DNA of 64,000 nt from Guillardia theta CCMP2712 (GCF_000315625.1 NW_005434505.1:41013-105012), one strand, 5' to 3'. Counted from the stretch's first letter, positions 22,702 to 36,103 are shown. The notes: generated from the sequence alone by a model not told the origin. A program made the numbers and translations.

Positions 22702-23618
22702 CCCTCCTTCCCTTCGCTCCATCCCTGCCATCCCTCCCTCCTGCCACTACCCAACATCCTCCTCTCCTCCGCCCTCCCTCCCCCGACAAACAAGCTTTCC
22801 GCGCTTCATTGCTCGACAACAAGCATCCCCGACGACCGCTCGTCTCCCCTGGACTCTCTCGCATGCTAGGCTTATTGCGCTTATTGATCTTGGCCGCGTC
22901 TCTGGTGCTCGCGGCCTCCACCGCTCTCGCCTCCTCTCCTCGTGCTCCCAAGCTTTCCCGCGTCTCCATCGACGTGGATCTCTCTGGACTGCTGCCGGCC
23001 AAGACCAGGCCTCTACGCCCTGACGTGCATGGAAGCAGCATGGTCAGCTCTCAGAGCGAGGGGCCTCGCGCAGGCACCCGCTGTATCCGCCTCCGCGGAG
23101 GCAACTGCCTCGACTCCTCCGCCAACCTCGCTGAGCTCACGTCGACGGTGAGCGAGCGAGTGCCGCTGAGGAGCGAGGGGGCAGGATGCAGCACAAGGCG
23201 ATGCTGGAAGCTCAGCAGGACGGTGGAGTAGAGGAGGAGGAGGGCGCCAGTATTCTTTGACCACGAGATGTATTCTTTAGATGTACCACTAGCTGATATG
23301 GATTGTGAATGAATCAACTATCCCTACTCATCAGAGTGTCTGTAGCATCGCATGCGCTCACCGAGCCCTCAATCTCATGGCGCGAGACGCGTAGACGGGC
23401 CAGCATGTCGGCGACATGCGCGAAGACGCTCGAGAGGGAGCGGGGGCCGTCATGTGAGGCTGGCGATGTCAGAGAGGTCGGTGAGGGAGAGGGGCCTTGA
23501 GTCTTGAAACCATTCCTTGATGTGGGTCTGCTGGCGGTTGGCCATGGAGAGGAGCCGGGCGGAGTGAGAACAGTTGGGGTAGGCGAAGAAGGCAGCATGG
23601 CTGGAGAGGCTTGTCAGA
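22702..23618. repeat. Left arm of a 917-bp inverted duplication
   Basis: Reverse complement of 26141..27057 (paired coordinates sum to 49759). At least 8 substitutions and no indels seen. Confidence 0.95.
22863..23260 (+). CDS. Small signal-peptide protein with an RLRGG motif (copy A)
   Basis: MLGLLRLLILAASLVLAASTALA signal peptide, RCIRLRGGNCLDSS, and one short intron from 23148. The 3' end is uncertain. Confidence 0.6.
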
Positions 23619-25551
23619 CTCGTGGAGGAGAGGGGAGGGGAGATGATGGGAGGGGAGGAGGGGAGGAGTGGACCAGTTGCCGGAGAAGCAGGAGCTCCGA
23701 ACGCACGCGAGGCCTCTTCCGTCCACACCAACACCGAGGCCTGACCAACAAGGTCATGTGGCCCCTTTTTGTTTCTCTCTTCCTCCTCTGTTGCCCGTCA
23801 CCCCCTGTCTCTCCGCCGCCCCCGCTAACCCTGTACCTCCTCTCACCGCAATCTTGGAAGAGACAGTCGTCTATCGCTGCGGCCGCCACGTCCGTTACCG
23901 TTACTCCGCATCCCAAGCTGCCGAAAGGAGCTTCGCCATGAGTCTCGTCTTGAAGGATGACACGGAAAGGCGATTGAAGATTAAGATCTCCCATCTCCTG
24001 CCACACGTCACCCTCATCCCCACTCATGCTCTTGCTACCTTGCTGTCCTGGTCCTTCCCTCGATGAACAATCTGAGCACATGCATGCAGCAAACCGGACG
24101 GTCGGAAGCTCAACTTGACGCTTTCAAGCATCTCGCTCACTTGCAGCGTGGTGACTTCCTTGTGAGGCGCATCAGAGGGACTGAGAGAAATCTCCGCGCA
24201 TGCCTGGCTGCCGTCGTTGATCGGCGGCGGGTCCCTCGCAATCACCTCGGCAAGATGCTCAACTTGAGCTGGAGCGAAGAACTGAAACAAAGGCAACAGC
24301 ATCACTGTCACTGCCGGCAAACTAGACATCACGACGAGCCACCTGTGCTGCGTTCCTCTTGCTCGCCCCGATACCCCTGAGGGTGCTGTACCGAATAACC
24401 AACGTCGAGCAGTGCATCGCAGTGATGCCGTCCTCCGCAGGCTCCTCTGGAGACAGCCCCCCGACATGGGTGGCTACCAAGGTGCAATTAGATTGCAGCG
24501 AGAGACCTGAGTCGCGAATCATCTTGTGCTATGAGTAATCCTTCACTCACAGCAACACACTCCTTGCCCGCAGAGGACAGAGCAGGCAAACATCGCCCAG
24601 GGTCCTCCTTGCACGTGCAAGAGGATCTGGCAAGCCCTCAAAGTGAGTCAAGCAGGAGGAGGAGGAAGAGGAGGAGACGTCAGCTGAGTCGGCAGAGGAG
24701 AGTTGGAAGCGGAGAGATGTGATGGAACCACTGCAGCCTTTGGCGAGGACGTACTTGCCCTCAAGAGTCTGTAGCATGAAGGTGTTAGCTCGGGAGTGGT
24801 GCAGGCAAACAAGTTGATACGGATGAGCTGAAGTTGGTGAGAACAGACAGCACTCCCTCGGTCCTCACACCTCCTTGGCAGAAGCTGTAAGAATCTAGTC
24901 GTGCTCCTCTTTGATCCGCCGGCTGCTGCTCGCTCTGCCCTTCGAAATGAAGAACCCTCTCTCCCTGCGCGGCGTCTCAGTTCAAACGGGCGGGAAGGGA
25001 AGCAAGAGAACATGGAGAGGGAAGCAAGAGAACTCACTCCGTGGAACTTTGACGTCACGATGGTCGTGCGCCTCTTCTGCCTGCTCGCATGTCTCCCTCT
25101 GGGAAAGATTATTCTCCCATCCCTGTTCGCTCTGTGTATGGCAGGACGTAGAGAGCTTCTGTATGTTCAGCTTTCTGTGAGGAATGACAATGCAAGAAGA
25201 GAAAAGAAGAAGACCTGCTCTTCACCACAACATCTCGATCTGAGATATCTGCAAACATTCGCCGAGAGCAGAGTTCAGACAGAGCAAGGAGAGCATGATG
25301 CCCGATAACTGTCACATACCAAGTGAGCGAAGGAGAGTGAGGACAAGCCATCAGGAACATGAATCATGACTGCAGACTGCAAAAACAAGATGCAAACAAA
25401 CATCGACAACACTCACAACACCTCCACTGTTTCATTACACACTTGTTTCCCCTCGTTCCGATTGGAGCTGCAAACTATCAGACGATGACGCCCATCGAGG
25501 CGGGAAGGATGAGAGAAGAAGCAGAACAAGATTCGTCAAGGTAGTCCTCAT
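23450..25551 (-). CDS. Hypothetical secreted multi-exon protein, possibly right-handed beta-helix
   Basis: Start MRTTLTNLVLLLLSSFPPRWA. Exons include NCTLVATHVGG...DGITAMHCSTLVIRYSTLRGIG and GCGVTVTDVAAAAIDDCLFQDCG. Confidence 0.45.
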
Positions 25552-26140
25552 CTCACAGACTTGTCTCCTCGTAGAATCTCAGGTGTAGAACGTCCATCTT
25601 GTTCTATTGCAGTCTCTACACTTGGCTTTGTAACCTGTACGTGTCCTGGCTTGCTAGCACAACGGACAGACATTGAGCGAGAAGGTGGAGCAGCTTGCTC
25701 CTCTCCTCCTCTACACCATGTCTCTGCGTACCCAAACCAGCATCAGCCCTTCTGCCATGATGCTCCTGCGGCCTACCCCAGGCAGCTGCCATTTTGCCAC
25801 ATGGGGTTCGGAATTGTAATAAGAAGAAGGTTTCATGCATCTGCCTATAGATGGAACTAAGTATCATATTGAGGCGGGCTTGTGTAAGAGATACAACCCG
25901 TCACAACGCCAAATAGCGCGCATGGCGTGCACGTAAGGGAAGAGGATCAGGTCAAGAGCAGTGCATGGAGAAGATCTTGAGAGACATGAATGAATCATAT
26001 GATATCAAGATGTTATATGAATTCACTACGCCAGAATTGATAGGTCATCCAACGGATGCTTCTCCTGCGTTCGGAGCTCCTTTTACACCAGCTAGGTGAT
26101 AGCTCCACTCGGCCTGAACTACAGCCCTCCATGAAGCTAC

Positions 26141-27057
26141 TCTGACCAGCCTCCCCAGCCATGCTGCCTTCTTCGCCTACCCCAACTGTTCTCACTCCGC
26201 CCGGCTCCTCTCCATGGACAACCGCCAGCAGACCCACATCAAGGAATGGTTTCAAGACTCAAGGCCCCTCTCCCTCACCGACCTCTCTGACATCGCCAGC
26301 CTCACATGACGGCCCCCGCTCCCTCTCGAGCGTCTTCGCGCATGTCGCCGACATGCTGGCCCGTCTACGCGTCTCGCGCCATGAGATTGAGGGCTCGGTG
26401 AGTGCATGCGATGCTACAGACACTCTGATGAGTAGGGATAGTTGATTCATTCACAATCCATATCAGCTAGTGGTACATCTAAAGAATACATCTCGTGGTC
26501 AAAGAATACTGGCGCCCTCCTCCTCCTCTACTCCACCGTCCTGCTGAGCTTCCAGCATCGCCTTGTGCTGCATCCTGCCCCCTCGCTCCTCAGCGGCACT
26601 CGCTCGCTCACCGTCGACGTGAGCTCGGCGAGGTTGGCGGAGGAGTCGAGGCAGTTGCCTCCGCGGAGGCGGATACAGCGGGTGCCTGCGCGAGGCCCCT
26701 CGCTCTGAGAGCTGACCATGCTGCTTCCATGCACGTCAGGGCGTAGAGGCCTGGTCTTGGCCGGCAGCAGTCCAGAGAGATCCACGTCGATGGAGACGCG
26801 GGAAAGCTTGGGAGCACGAGGAGAGGAGGCGAGAGCGGTGGAGGCCGCGAGCACCAGAGACGCGGCCAAGATCAATAAGCGCAATAAGCCTAGCATGCGA
26901 GAGAGTCCAGGGGAGACGAGCGGTCGTCGGGGATGCTTGTTGTCGAGCAATGAAGCGCGGAAAGCTTGTTTGTCGGGGGAGGGAGAGCGGAGGAGAGGAG
27001 GATGTTAGGTAGTGGCAGGAGGGAGGGACGGCAGGGATGGAGCGAAGGGAAGGAGGG
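26141..27057. repeat. Right arm of the 917-bp inverted duplication
   Basis: Mirror image of 22702..23618. Confidence 0.95.
26499..26896 (-). CDS. Small signal-peptide RLRGG protein (copy A')
   Basis: Same translation as copy A. Confidence 0.55.
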
Positions 27058-28376
27058 AAGGTCTAGGAGCAGTTTGCTAGAGTTGAGTGGCTGGTTGCAG
27101 GAGGTTGGAATGGAGGAGGGGAGTTGAGCTTCTTCATTCCTTTCTCCCTGTGGTAAAGGGGGCCGGCTGCATGGACCGGTGGTATGATCCACTAACAAGG
27201 GGGTACATGTGGCCACCAAAATACTCAAAACCGAGGCTTTTCGTTTGTTCTTTTTTGTGTGGATTCAGAACAAACTACGAATTTGGCCCTTTATATCACC
27301 CCTACCCCCTTCTGTTTCTACCCCTACCCTTTTTGGTCCTATTATAAACGGTCACAGGACCCCTATTGTGAAACATTGACGCACCCCACCCATATTTTCC
27401 CGATGCAACCCCACCATGATTTTGACTGTTATGGGCCAGGTGTCCTTCTTACCATCATAGGGAAGCAAGGATTTTGTATAGGTCTCCTCCAACACACTTT
27501 GCGATAGAGATGACCCTGACGTTTCAACTAGTACCACCCTGAGCAGCTGCAATAGACTGTAAATAGAAATATCTAGAAGGGGGAGCCGTTCGCCATGCAA
27601 CACTACTGGCACGGTTCTTTACTTGGCCAACCGGTCAGACCCCACCCTCCTGCTCTAGCCCTTGTTTCAGTCGGAGAACCCGGTGGTCGATCTCCCATCC
27701 ATTCGTTTCTGTTACCGTTGCTTTCTCGTTGTTTTGGAGCCGATAAGTTTTGAGTCGGTGAGTCAAACTCGGTCAGTTGTGGCGTTGCTGTGGTACCCTT
27801 GGCTCTCTAAAAAGTTTTTATCTGTACCAAGTCATCAAGACCAAAAAGGACTACAACTGTACCAAGTTTACCAAAAAGCATTTTGTATTTCCGTACAAAC
27901 GATGCCAAATTTGGAGTTACGGTAGTGGCAGTGATTTTGAGGAGTACCGGCAGTAGCAGACGGAATGTTTCGTTTTTTTGGGTGACTTTATGCCCTCAAG
28001 GGATCTGACTATCTCAGCAGTCACGAATCTCTCCCGGCCTTAACAGTGCGGGAATTGCCCGAGCCGTCAGCAAGTCACGCCATGCAAAGCTCAGCCGAGA
28101 GTCACACCACTCAGGTGACTGTCACATGTACGGTACCGTCACCGCCGGTATGGTCTGCCGGAAACAGTCGTGACGGTCGGTCCCGCTGAGTCGGAACGGT
28201 AACGGCGGCGTTCAACGGTTGAACCGTTGATCATCAGGTGATCTGTTGTGAGCACGGCCGGCCGCCCGCGCGGCCGGGCCGGCCGGGCCGCCGGGCCGCG
28301 CGGTTGCAACCCCGGGGGGGGCCGCTGAGTGCACGGCGGCCGGTCACGTTGCCCGGCCCCCCCGGGACTCGGAGCG

Positions 28377-28411
<35 letters not shown>

Positions 28412-28571
28412 ACTGATCGGGCCACTGCCGCGCACCGTGACTGACGATGCCGTCATCAGTGACAGAGCCACGGTCGGACCTCACCGGCCCCCCCGGTGGC
28501 CGGGCCGTGGCATCACTGACTTCTGATCCGCACGGAGTCGGGCCGTCCAACTTGTTTGTCCGTTGACAGTA

Positions 28572-31500
28572 ATGGCACCGGCCAAGAAGGGGAAGGGAGG
28601 GAAGAAGAAGACATCGCAAGGGAAGAAGGAAGACCGTCTTGCTGCGGTTCCTGCTCTTGACCTCAAGTCTCATCGCTCTGACTCGCCAACTGCAGCAGAT
28701 TGGCCCGCTGTTCAGTGATGGGTTGATAGATCCTGTAAAAGGAGGTAAGGTGTTTGCAGCGAGACTGGGAAGAAGCTACGAGATCACGGCACTCTCATGT
28801 GATGCTTGTTTTCAGCGATGTGAGCTTGAGATAGGTTCCCCCTGGAGCTGTCGAGACCAACAATGTGATTGCAATCAAAGTGTTCGAGTTCGAAGGCAAA
28901 GACCCCGAGGGTTTCACGATGGAGGGAAGAATCGTTAGCAATCGGGTTGAGATCATCAACGGCGCACAGGTTTCTCGCGCTGACATGTCATCGTCCTCGT
29001 AGGTAGAGATTCATCCCTTCAACATCGAGTTCATCCAACCCGTCGAAGTGAAGATACCGCACTGCTGCGCAGATGAAGATGCGCAGCAGACCATGTATGC
29101 AGCCTCCTTCAGCGTTCTTCAGGACGGCACTCAGCTCGCACAAGAGGCGACAGGAACGATGGTATGGTGACTGGTGCCAGACATTCTGCCTTGTTCTCAT
29201 GACTGCATTCACATCTCAGGAAGCAGAGAATGCAGACTTGCAGTGGGAGTTCCACAAGTTGCCTGTTACCAAGGTGGATATTGAGAGAGGAGTTGCAACG
29301 ATCAACATCAAGTCCACTGGCATCTATTACATCTGCTCGTCTTCGGCTCACAACATGGACTTTGCGGTGCATGCGATGGCTACACGGGATGACAAGAATC
29401 GTTGACCTGCTGTCAGGTCTGCACTTACGACATTCCAGCGATCAACAAGGCGAGCGTGACAGCATTCAACGCTGTTGCGTTTGACTGGGTGCTGGATGAG
29501 TATCTGAGGTCCTTTCAACATTGACTTGCTACAGATCACTGGCAAAGTTTCCCTCTGGCCTCGGACTTCCTTCAACCGTCCAATCGGCGCTGACGGGCCG
29601 GTGAGGGTCAAAAGAAGCTCCAAGTAGGAGGAGGAGCAGACTACCTTGTGCTCCCCTGACATGATCCGCAAACAGAGTACTGGTTGACTTCGAAGCCAAG
29701 AGAACGAGAAGCCTTCATAGCAACAACGTCTCCACCTACGAACAAACGTGTGAGGCCCTCCCTCCTGCCTCGTCGCTGATGCTAGTCTCCTCAGCTTCCA
29801 TCTTGAAGGATGCAAAACGGATGTTCTGACCGGGCTACCAGCGGGAAGGTGACTCTTTCACGCTGTTCGGACTTAGATTAAATGGTTGTCGTAAGGAATG
29901 AGACGCGAACAACACACCTGGATGCAGACATCTACGAGAAGATGTGCGTGTCTTGGCTCATGCAACGCCTTGACACTGGAGCAGAAACTATGTGATCCGG
30001 GTTATTCCAGAAGACCTTGCCTCCACGCTAGAGAATGCAAAGAAAGAACTAGAAGATGTGCGAGTAATACGTCACGTCATTGCCTCTGATGCGCGCATCT
30101 CAAGGTCCGCCAGCGCATTCAGAAAAAGGAAGAGCAGTCAAGTGTCATACGAAAGCGAACTGAATCTCCGTCGAGCAAAATGTTCCTTCGATGCATGGAA
30201 CCTTTGCCTTTTGTATGTTTGACATGTGCGGAACCCAGGTATTTCTTAAGCATCAAAGAAGCCGAGCAAGATGTCAAAAATGCATATGAGATGTAATGAC
30301 GAGGAAAGCAACTCGCTGCACATTGTGAGACTTGTATCACTAGGTGTATCGCATACCTCGAGAAGGCCGACGGTGCACATGATGGTGAACACTTCAACAG
30401 CATCCTCATACGTCATAACGAGCTGATCATGCACAGAGAAATCAAAGGAGAGTGGCAAGCAGAACCTACCTCAATGGCGAGGCAATGATTTGCACTTCTA
30501 CTTCGGAGTGAAACTGATTCCAGAGGCTGGGTGAGTGAGAATGATGCAGCAGATCCGATCGGTGAATGTTAGCAGGTTCACACCTGAGAACATCATCACT
30601 CAAATCTCGCTCATCTATCCGAGCGCGACCAACGAGAAAGTTCAATTCCTCGAGGTTCCTCCCCTCGCCTCTCCTCCTGCTAATGTGCACAAAGGTGCCT
30701 GAGATCCCTCAGCCATCAGCTAGAGCGAGGAAGGTCCGAGTAGGATCAGAGAAGAGTCAGATCTACAGCTTCAGCCCTGTGAGGCTCCTGACGGCTTCTG
30801 CCTGCTGCTTACTTTGAACAAGGTTATCACTCGTGCTACCTTCGCTGAGCTTCGAGTCAACATCAGTCTTGGTGACTGGAACAAGAGATGTCAAGTTCCT
30901 CTGTCGACGCAGGAACAGATGCTGAGCGACATCAGAACCATCGTCGAGTCTCACTGCTTCGGCAAGGAGCTTTCCGGGGCTCGCTTCATATCTTGTACCT
31001 TGCGCGATGCCATTTGCAAGTCACTGAGATCGAGCCAGCAAACGGGAAAGTCTTTGAGAAAGGAGAGGAGGGGCAGGTACGAGTTCAGTCTCTCCGACCG
31101 AGCGTCGGGCTGTGGGGCCGGCTCAGTCGAATGAGCGAGGACATGTGCCAACGCTTCGCTGCGCTCCCAAGTGAGTGAGCCCTCAGCCTACCGCCCAGTG
31201 ACGCTGAGCTCGCAGACATTTCCTTCTCCTTCTGTCCTGACCGCGAGCCGATCGCCAGAGCCATCTTTGAGGACATGAGGGCGAGGGGGTTCCCGGTAAC
31301 GGCGACCTCGTTGCTGCAAGGGCTCTGACTTCGAGCGCAGCTGACAGACTCTAAGGAGGACAAGCAGTCGCTAGGGCTTCTGATCTGCTTCCCTTCTCCT
31401 CTCTACACGGAATGCACGAGCTGCATGGAGCAATATAATCGCCACCTCCAGCTCGGACTCCCGCGTTTTCACTTGTGGACCATGGCGTTCGACGTGCGAG

Positions 31501-31857
31501 GATGGTTGAAAAACATGGTCAAGGAGCAGGTTGGCGGGAGGGGGAGGAAGGGAACGACGGTGACAAGTCTCGCAGGTGGACAAGTCATTCGAGTATGAGG
31601 TGGAGACCAACGAAGAGGGTCTGATGTCGAACAAGGTCAGCTGTAATCTTCGGGGAGAAGGCCTCATTTGCTCGCAGGATGTGGATGAGATTGCAGTGAA
31701 GGTGCTGGAGGAGTACAAGAAGTCTGTGCCCGAATACCAGCAGATAATGAGCTCTTTCATCGTCCTGCCCATGTTGCGGCAAGAAGACGAGGGGCAAGAC
31801 AATCACGACAGTCTAATTCAGACACAGAAAGAGAAAGTCATGGTATGTTTCGTATGA
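28572..31857 (+). CDS. Multi-exon ZU5-domain protein with a basic N-terminus and coiled coil (may be two genes)
   Basis: Start MAPAKKGKGGKKK. VEIHPFNIEFIQPVEVKIPHC resembles the ZU5 motif. Further protein-like exons continue to about 31857. Confidence 0.55.
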
Positions 31858-31866
31858 CAATGTCAC

Positions 31867-32779
31867 TCATACACTCACGACGATGCAGGAGCTCGTTAAC
31901 AAGAAAAGCATACCCAAGGGACGCAAAAAATCAGTGAGCGCAGCGAGCTCGAGGAGGAAAAGTTTGAGTTCTTGAAGAAGGCTACACACGCTTGGTGACT
32001 CGACTCCGGCTCCTGCCCTTCTTGGGCTTCTCCGCGAAAGGAGTTCCTCCTTTAAACATGAAGTCGTTGGTGTCCGTCTGAAGAGAAAGTCGCGGATCAG
32101 CAGCTCCTCAACATCAAAGGTCGCAGATACCACAGAGCGCGGAAGTTCGTCTACCGCAAAGTGGTGCAAGCTAGTGACCGAGTCCTCGGCCACCGTCTTG
32201 ATCGGCTTGAAGCTATCATGCACGGTCGTCCAAGATTCTCCAAGAGCATCCTGAACCTTCTCGAAGTTCGTGTGGATCCCCTCCCCCTGCAGACTCCTGC
32301 CCAGTCTCTGTCCGAAGTTGGACATCCCTTCTCCTAGATCGGATAACGACTGTTTCACCTGCTCGGGCTTCAGAGCATGGACATCGGACCGAGCCGAGCT
32401 GACCTTGTCCCAGCTCTCTGTCAGGAATCCTTGAGACTCGTCCGCTTTGGTGGAGGGATCATGCGACATTCTAGCAAGCAAGTGAGATGAGCAGCGTCAA
32501 TCTCGGCGAGTCAACTCTATTCAAGTGCATCTCCTACTCAAACCTCTTGCCCGCCTCTTGGACTCCTATCGCCGTCCCCTCGCTTTCTACACGCCTCACC
32601 AACCCCCTCGTCTCCTCGTCGTCTCCTCCTCGCGTTCCCCTCACTCTGCATCGGTGTCTTCGATCTCTATCCTCGTGATGCTCGTTCTCCTCCTGCTTGT
32701 CGCTCCTCGTGCGTCCTCGCCCTCCTCTGCATCTGCCAGGGTCTGCAGACCGCCATGCCTCCTCCTAGAGAGTCGCATG
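31867..32779 (-). CDS. Hypothetical protein
   Basis: 204-aa ORF plus upstream exons starting MRLSRRRHGG. Confidence 0.5.
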
Positions 32780-32825
32780 ATTTCAAGCCCGCCTCAATAA
32801 GATTTTTTTAAACACTAGTTTGAAC

Positions 32826-33631
32826 ATGGCGCGAACGCGAGGGCAAACAATGGCAGGCCTGTTTCCCCCTACCAGAGAGCAGGAGGATGAGATTGAACAT
32901 GCCTTCTCTCTCATAACAGTTCGTTTGCTATGATGTCTTGTGGCTCAATCTTACTCGTGAAAAGCAGGAAGGAAATGATGACTACGTTGATTTCCATCGA
33001 GTCAAAGTAGTCCTCAAAGCTATGGGCATGCAGCCGAGAAAAGGAGAGCTGCAACAGGTTTTCCTCTCCCTCTGTTGTCTTCATTCTCTGCCCTGCGAGG
33101 CCTCGTTGAGCATAACCTGAACTGTGCTTTCCCTCTGTCAGACGCTGGAGGTTGCATGCCCTCTGTCCGATGGCTCGCGGATCTCTAAGGAAGAATTCAC
33201 TGCGATCGTAAGCGTTTTAAAGACAAACATCTTGTTCTCCTCGCCAAGTCACTTCTCAATAGATGATGCGCTTTCTTGCTCGACGGGATTCAGCAACCAG
33301 GCTGATGCAAGACTTTGACACGATCGATTATGGTTCAAGCTCAGATGTACTTTCCTCCAGAGTGCTGATATACGGCCATGTGCAGGATGCAAAGGCTTCA
33401 TTGACATTAAAGATCTTCAGAGACTTTCGAAGAATGTTGAAGGGGAATCTCGACCAGATTCGGTCTTGAGGGAGATGTGAGCCCTGCTGATGAAGAATGT
33501 CCGTTCCTGACTGTTGCTCTAGGATAAGAAACTTTGACAAAGATGGGGATGGCAAATGGAAATTCGATGAATTTGTTACAGCTTTAGGTTACGAGCTTGA
33601 GAGAAAGAGGGGGATTGAAAACATCTTGTAA
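32826..33631 (+). CDS. Centrin/calmodulin-like EF-hand protein
   Basis: EIEHAFSLI, VKVVLKAMGMQPRKGELQQ, ISKEEFTAIM, KGFIDIKDL and the EF-hand FDKDGDGKWKFDEF. Confidence 0.8.
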
Positions 33632-34605
33632 CATAAATTTCATTAGCCGCTCAGCCACAACTCTGACATCAAGTTGACACAAAATCACACTCGCTGTGTC
33701 ATAGTTTAGCAACAACACTGACACTTGGCAGGACCTGAAACTAGTTGTAGAGTATTCTTTTCTGTGCCGCTCACAGTTTCACCTGCTACAGCCTGCATCA
33801 TAAGAACTTGCTAAGTCGGGTGTCAGTAGGCTCGCCGGCGCCGTGGCAACCGTCGCCGTCGGCCGCGCCCTCAAAGGCTGCCGAGTCAGTGAAGAAGCGA
33901 GCTACTGAGTCGGAGGACACCGATCCCCTACTTGATCGGACATGTCACTTCAAGCCGTCCGCCGTTGAAGGCTCGGCGCGGCGTGCCACTGATCAGCCTT
34001 CAATGAGTCCGACCCCACCGGGCGCCGGGCCGGGCTTCTGACACTGTGACGCGGCCGGGCCCCTAGGGGCGGCGTAGCATCATCGTCACGGTGACCCGGT
34101 CGCCTCAGTCAGAGTGTCGGATCCGGATCTTGCTTACTTAGGCTTCCATAGGCTGCCTCAGAGGTGAGGCTATTGAGCTGGCCAGGACAGCGAAGATGGA
34201 TCCATCTTCAAATAGCTCGGGCCATGGCCCTTGTGGGACAGCTGCCTTGTTGTCTTGACAAGTCGTTGGGCCTTGTCAACCTAGTGCGCCGGCGCACAGT
34301 TTTTTGGTATGGCACTGGAGGTCGCAATGGGGAGCCGCTTGCTTCTTGGGTTCGGATGCTTACAGTGACACATCGGTATTGCAGCAGCTGACTCACTGTA
34401 TCGAACTCGGCCCACTGCCAGCCTGTATCGTAGTAGCAGTGATCGGACTCAGCGAAGTTGGACGAGGATCGCTATCCGATGATCAGACTTAGTTAGCACA
34501 AGTTCTGCAGCATCTCACGACTCCATCAATCAAACACTCTCAGTTGACAAACAGAAATATTTTGTTCGAAAGTGAAAGCTGGAAAACTTCTCCGTGATCA
34601 GATAA

Positions 34606-35790
34606 GTGATGTCCACATTTCCGGGCAAACACGCCATGAAAGAGAAGAGAGGTGGAGAGACTAGGTGTAACAGTAACAAACATTTGACTGGCTGGTTGAG
34701 AGATGTTCCACTGGAACAGAACGCAAGGCTAAGGAAACAATGCTTGGACAACATCATTCACCATCGCATGCCGAACGAGGAAGCCGTTACATCACAGTCG
34801 CAAGTAGATGGCGATCAGACGAGCTTCCTTGCCGACAGTGCAAGTGGACACGCGGGAAGTGCTGATGGCCAGCCCGCAAGGATGGAGGAGAAATGTCCTG
34901 ACTTCACTAAGGTATGGAGGCCATTGGATGAGACCAAGTCGTACCCGGGAGGTTTCTGTGAGAAAACTCCAACCAAGCTCAACACGAGCACATCTCCAAT
35001 CTATCGAATACCAGCCAACATCTGTCATAGCAAGAACTCTTCTATCATACAAGGACTCTACGGCTTTGAGGTGAATTCCTCCAAAGAGGAACAAGACAGG
35101 AAAGGGTCGGCTGGCTTAAACGAACAAGTGCAATCAAGGATCGAGTGGATAACCTCGGCAGATTTAAGCTTCTTGAATTCAAATATGGATCGTCAAGAGG
35201 ATTTAAAGGCATCTGAGGAAAACATGACGACGAATGAACATGTTTCACATGCTTTGAGGGAACAACACAGATGCATTTTCTTGTGCAATTCGCTTCTACA
35301 AGAGGTACCCAACAGAGTCTGGATAAACTTGTGTCTAAGTTTACGAATCAGGTTTCGAGCATACGCACAAGTCTTGCTGAGGAGCTTGAGAGTGTACTTT
35401 CTTGACTTGCCCTTATCTCAGCTTCAAGGTTAAAATGATGCTGTCTGCAGATTTCAGCTTGTCTGCAGTCGCCTGAGCAGCACAAAGTTATTGGGAAGGT
35501 GATCTTGTTGCTATTGATCCTCTCAGTGACTCCGTCCTGAAGCTTTCATATCGGGACAAAAAGGACGCAAAGGAAACCCGAGGTAACGCGGTCAAGGAAC
35601 AAAGAGTGGAACTCAAGGCCAAACTCCCTACCAGCAGATATTTCAGGCTTTGAATGATACTTGAGAGCTGCACACAGATAATAATTAATCAAGGCAATCT
35701 TAAATACATTCTCGATAGATTGAGCAGACGTCAAGACGAGGAACGAGCTTGATCCTTTTCGACCCAAATACAGAAGATCTTTCTAGTCAG
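34606..35790 (+). CDS. Hypothetical protein
   Basis: 275-aa ORF plus short downstream exons. Confidence 0.5.
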
Positions 35791-35850
35791 TAAACTCGTG
35801 TTTCCAAAAGTATCTTTATGTCTCTATTCGTAAATTGATGTGGCAGTGAT

Positions 35851-36103
35851 GTCTCTATCGGTCTGCTCATGTAGTCTCTATCGGTCTGCTCATGTAGTCT
35901 CTATCGGTCTGCTCATGTAGTCTCTATCGGTCTGCTCATGTAGTCTCTATCGGTCTGCTCATGTAGTCTCTATCGGTCTGCTCATGTAGTCTCTATCGGT
36001 CTGCTCATGTAGTCTCTATCGGTCTGCTCATGTAGTCTCTATCGGTCTGCTCATGTAGTCTCTATCGGTCTGCTCATGTAGTCTCTATCGGTCTGCTCAT
36101 GTA
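35851..36103. repeat. 23-bp tandem repeat GTCTCTATCGGTCTGCTCATGTA, 11 copies
   Basis: Direct reading of the sequence. Confidence 0.97.

Noticed and set aside
27601-27928. Possible CACTA element (CACTAC...GTAGTG)
   Set aside because: Only 9 of 12 terminal bases match and there is no 3-bp TSD.
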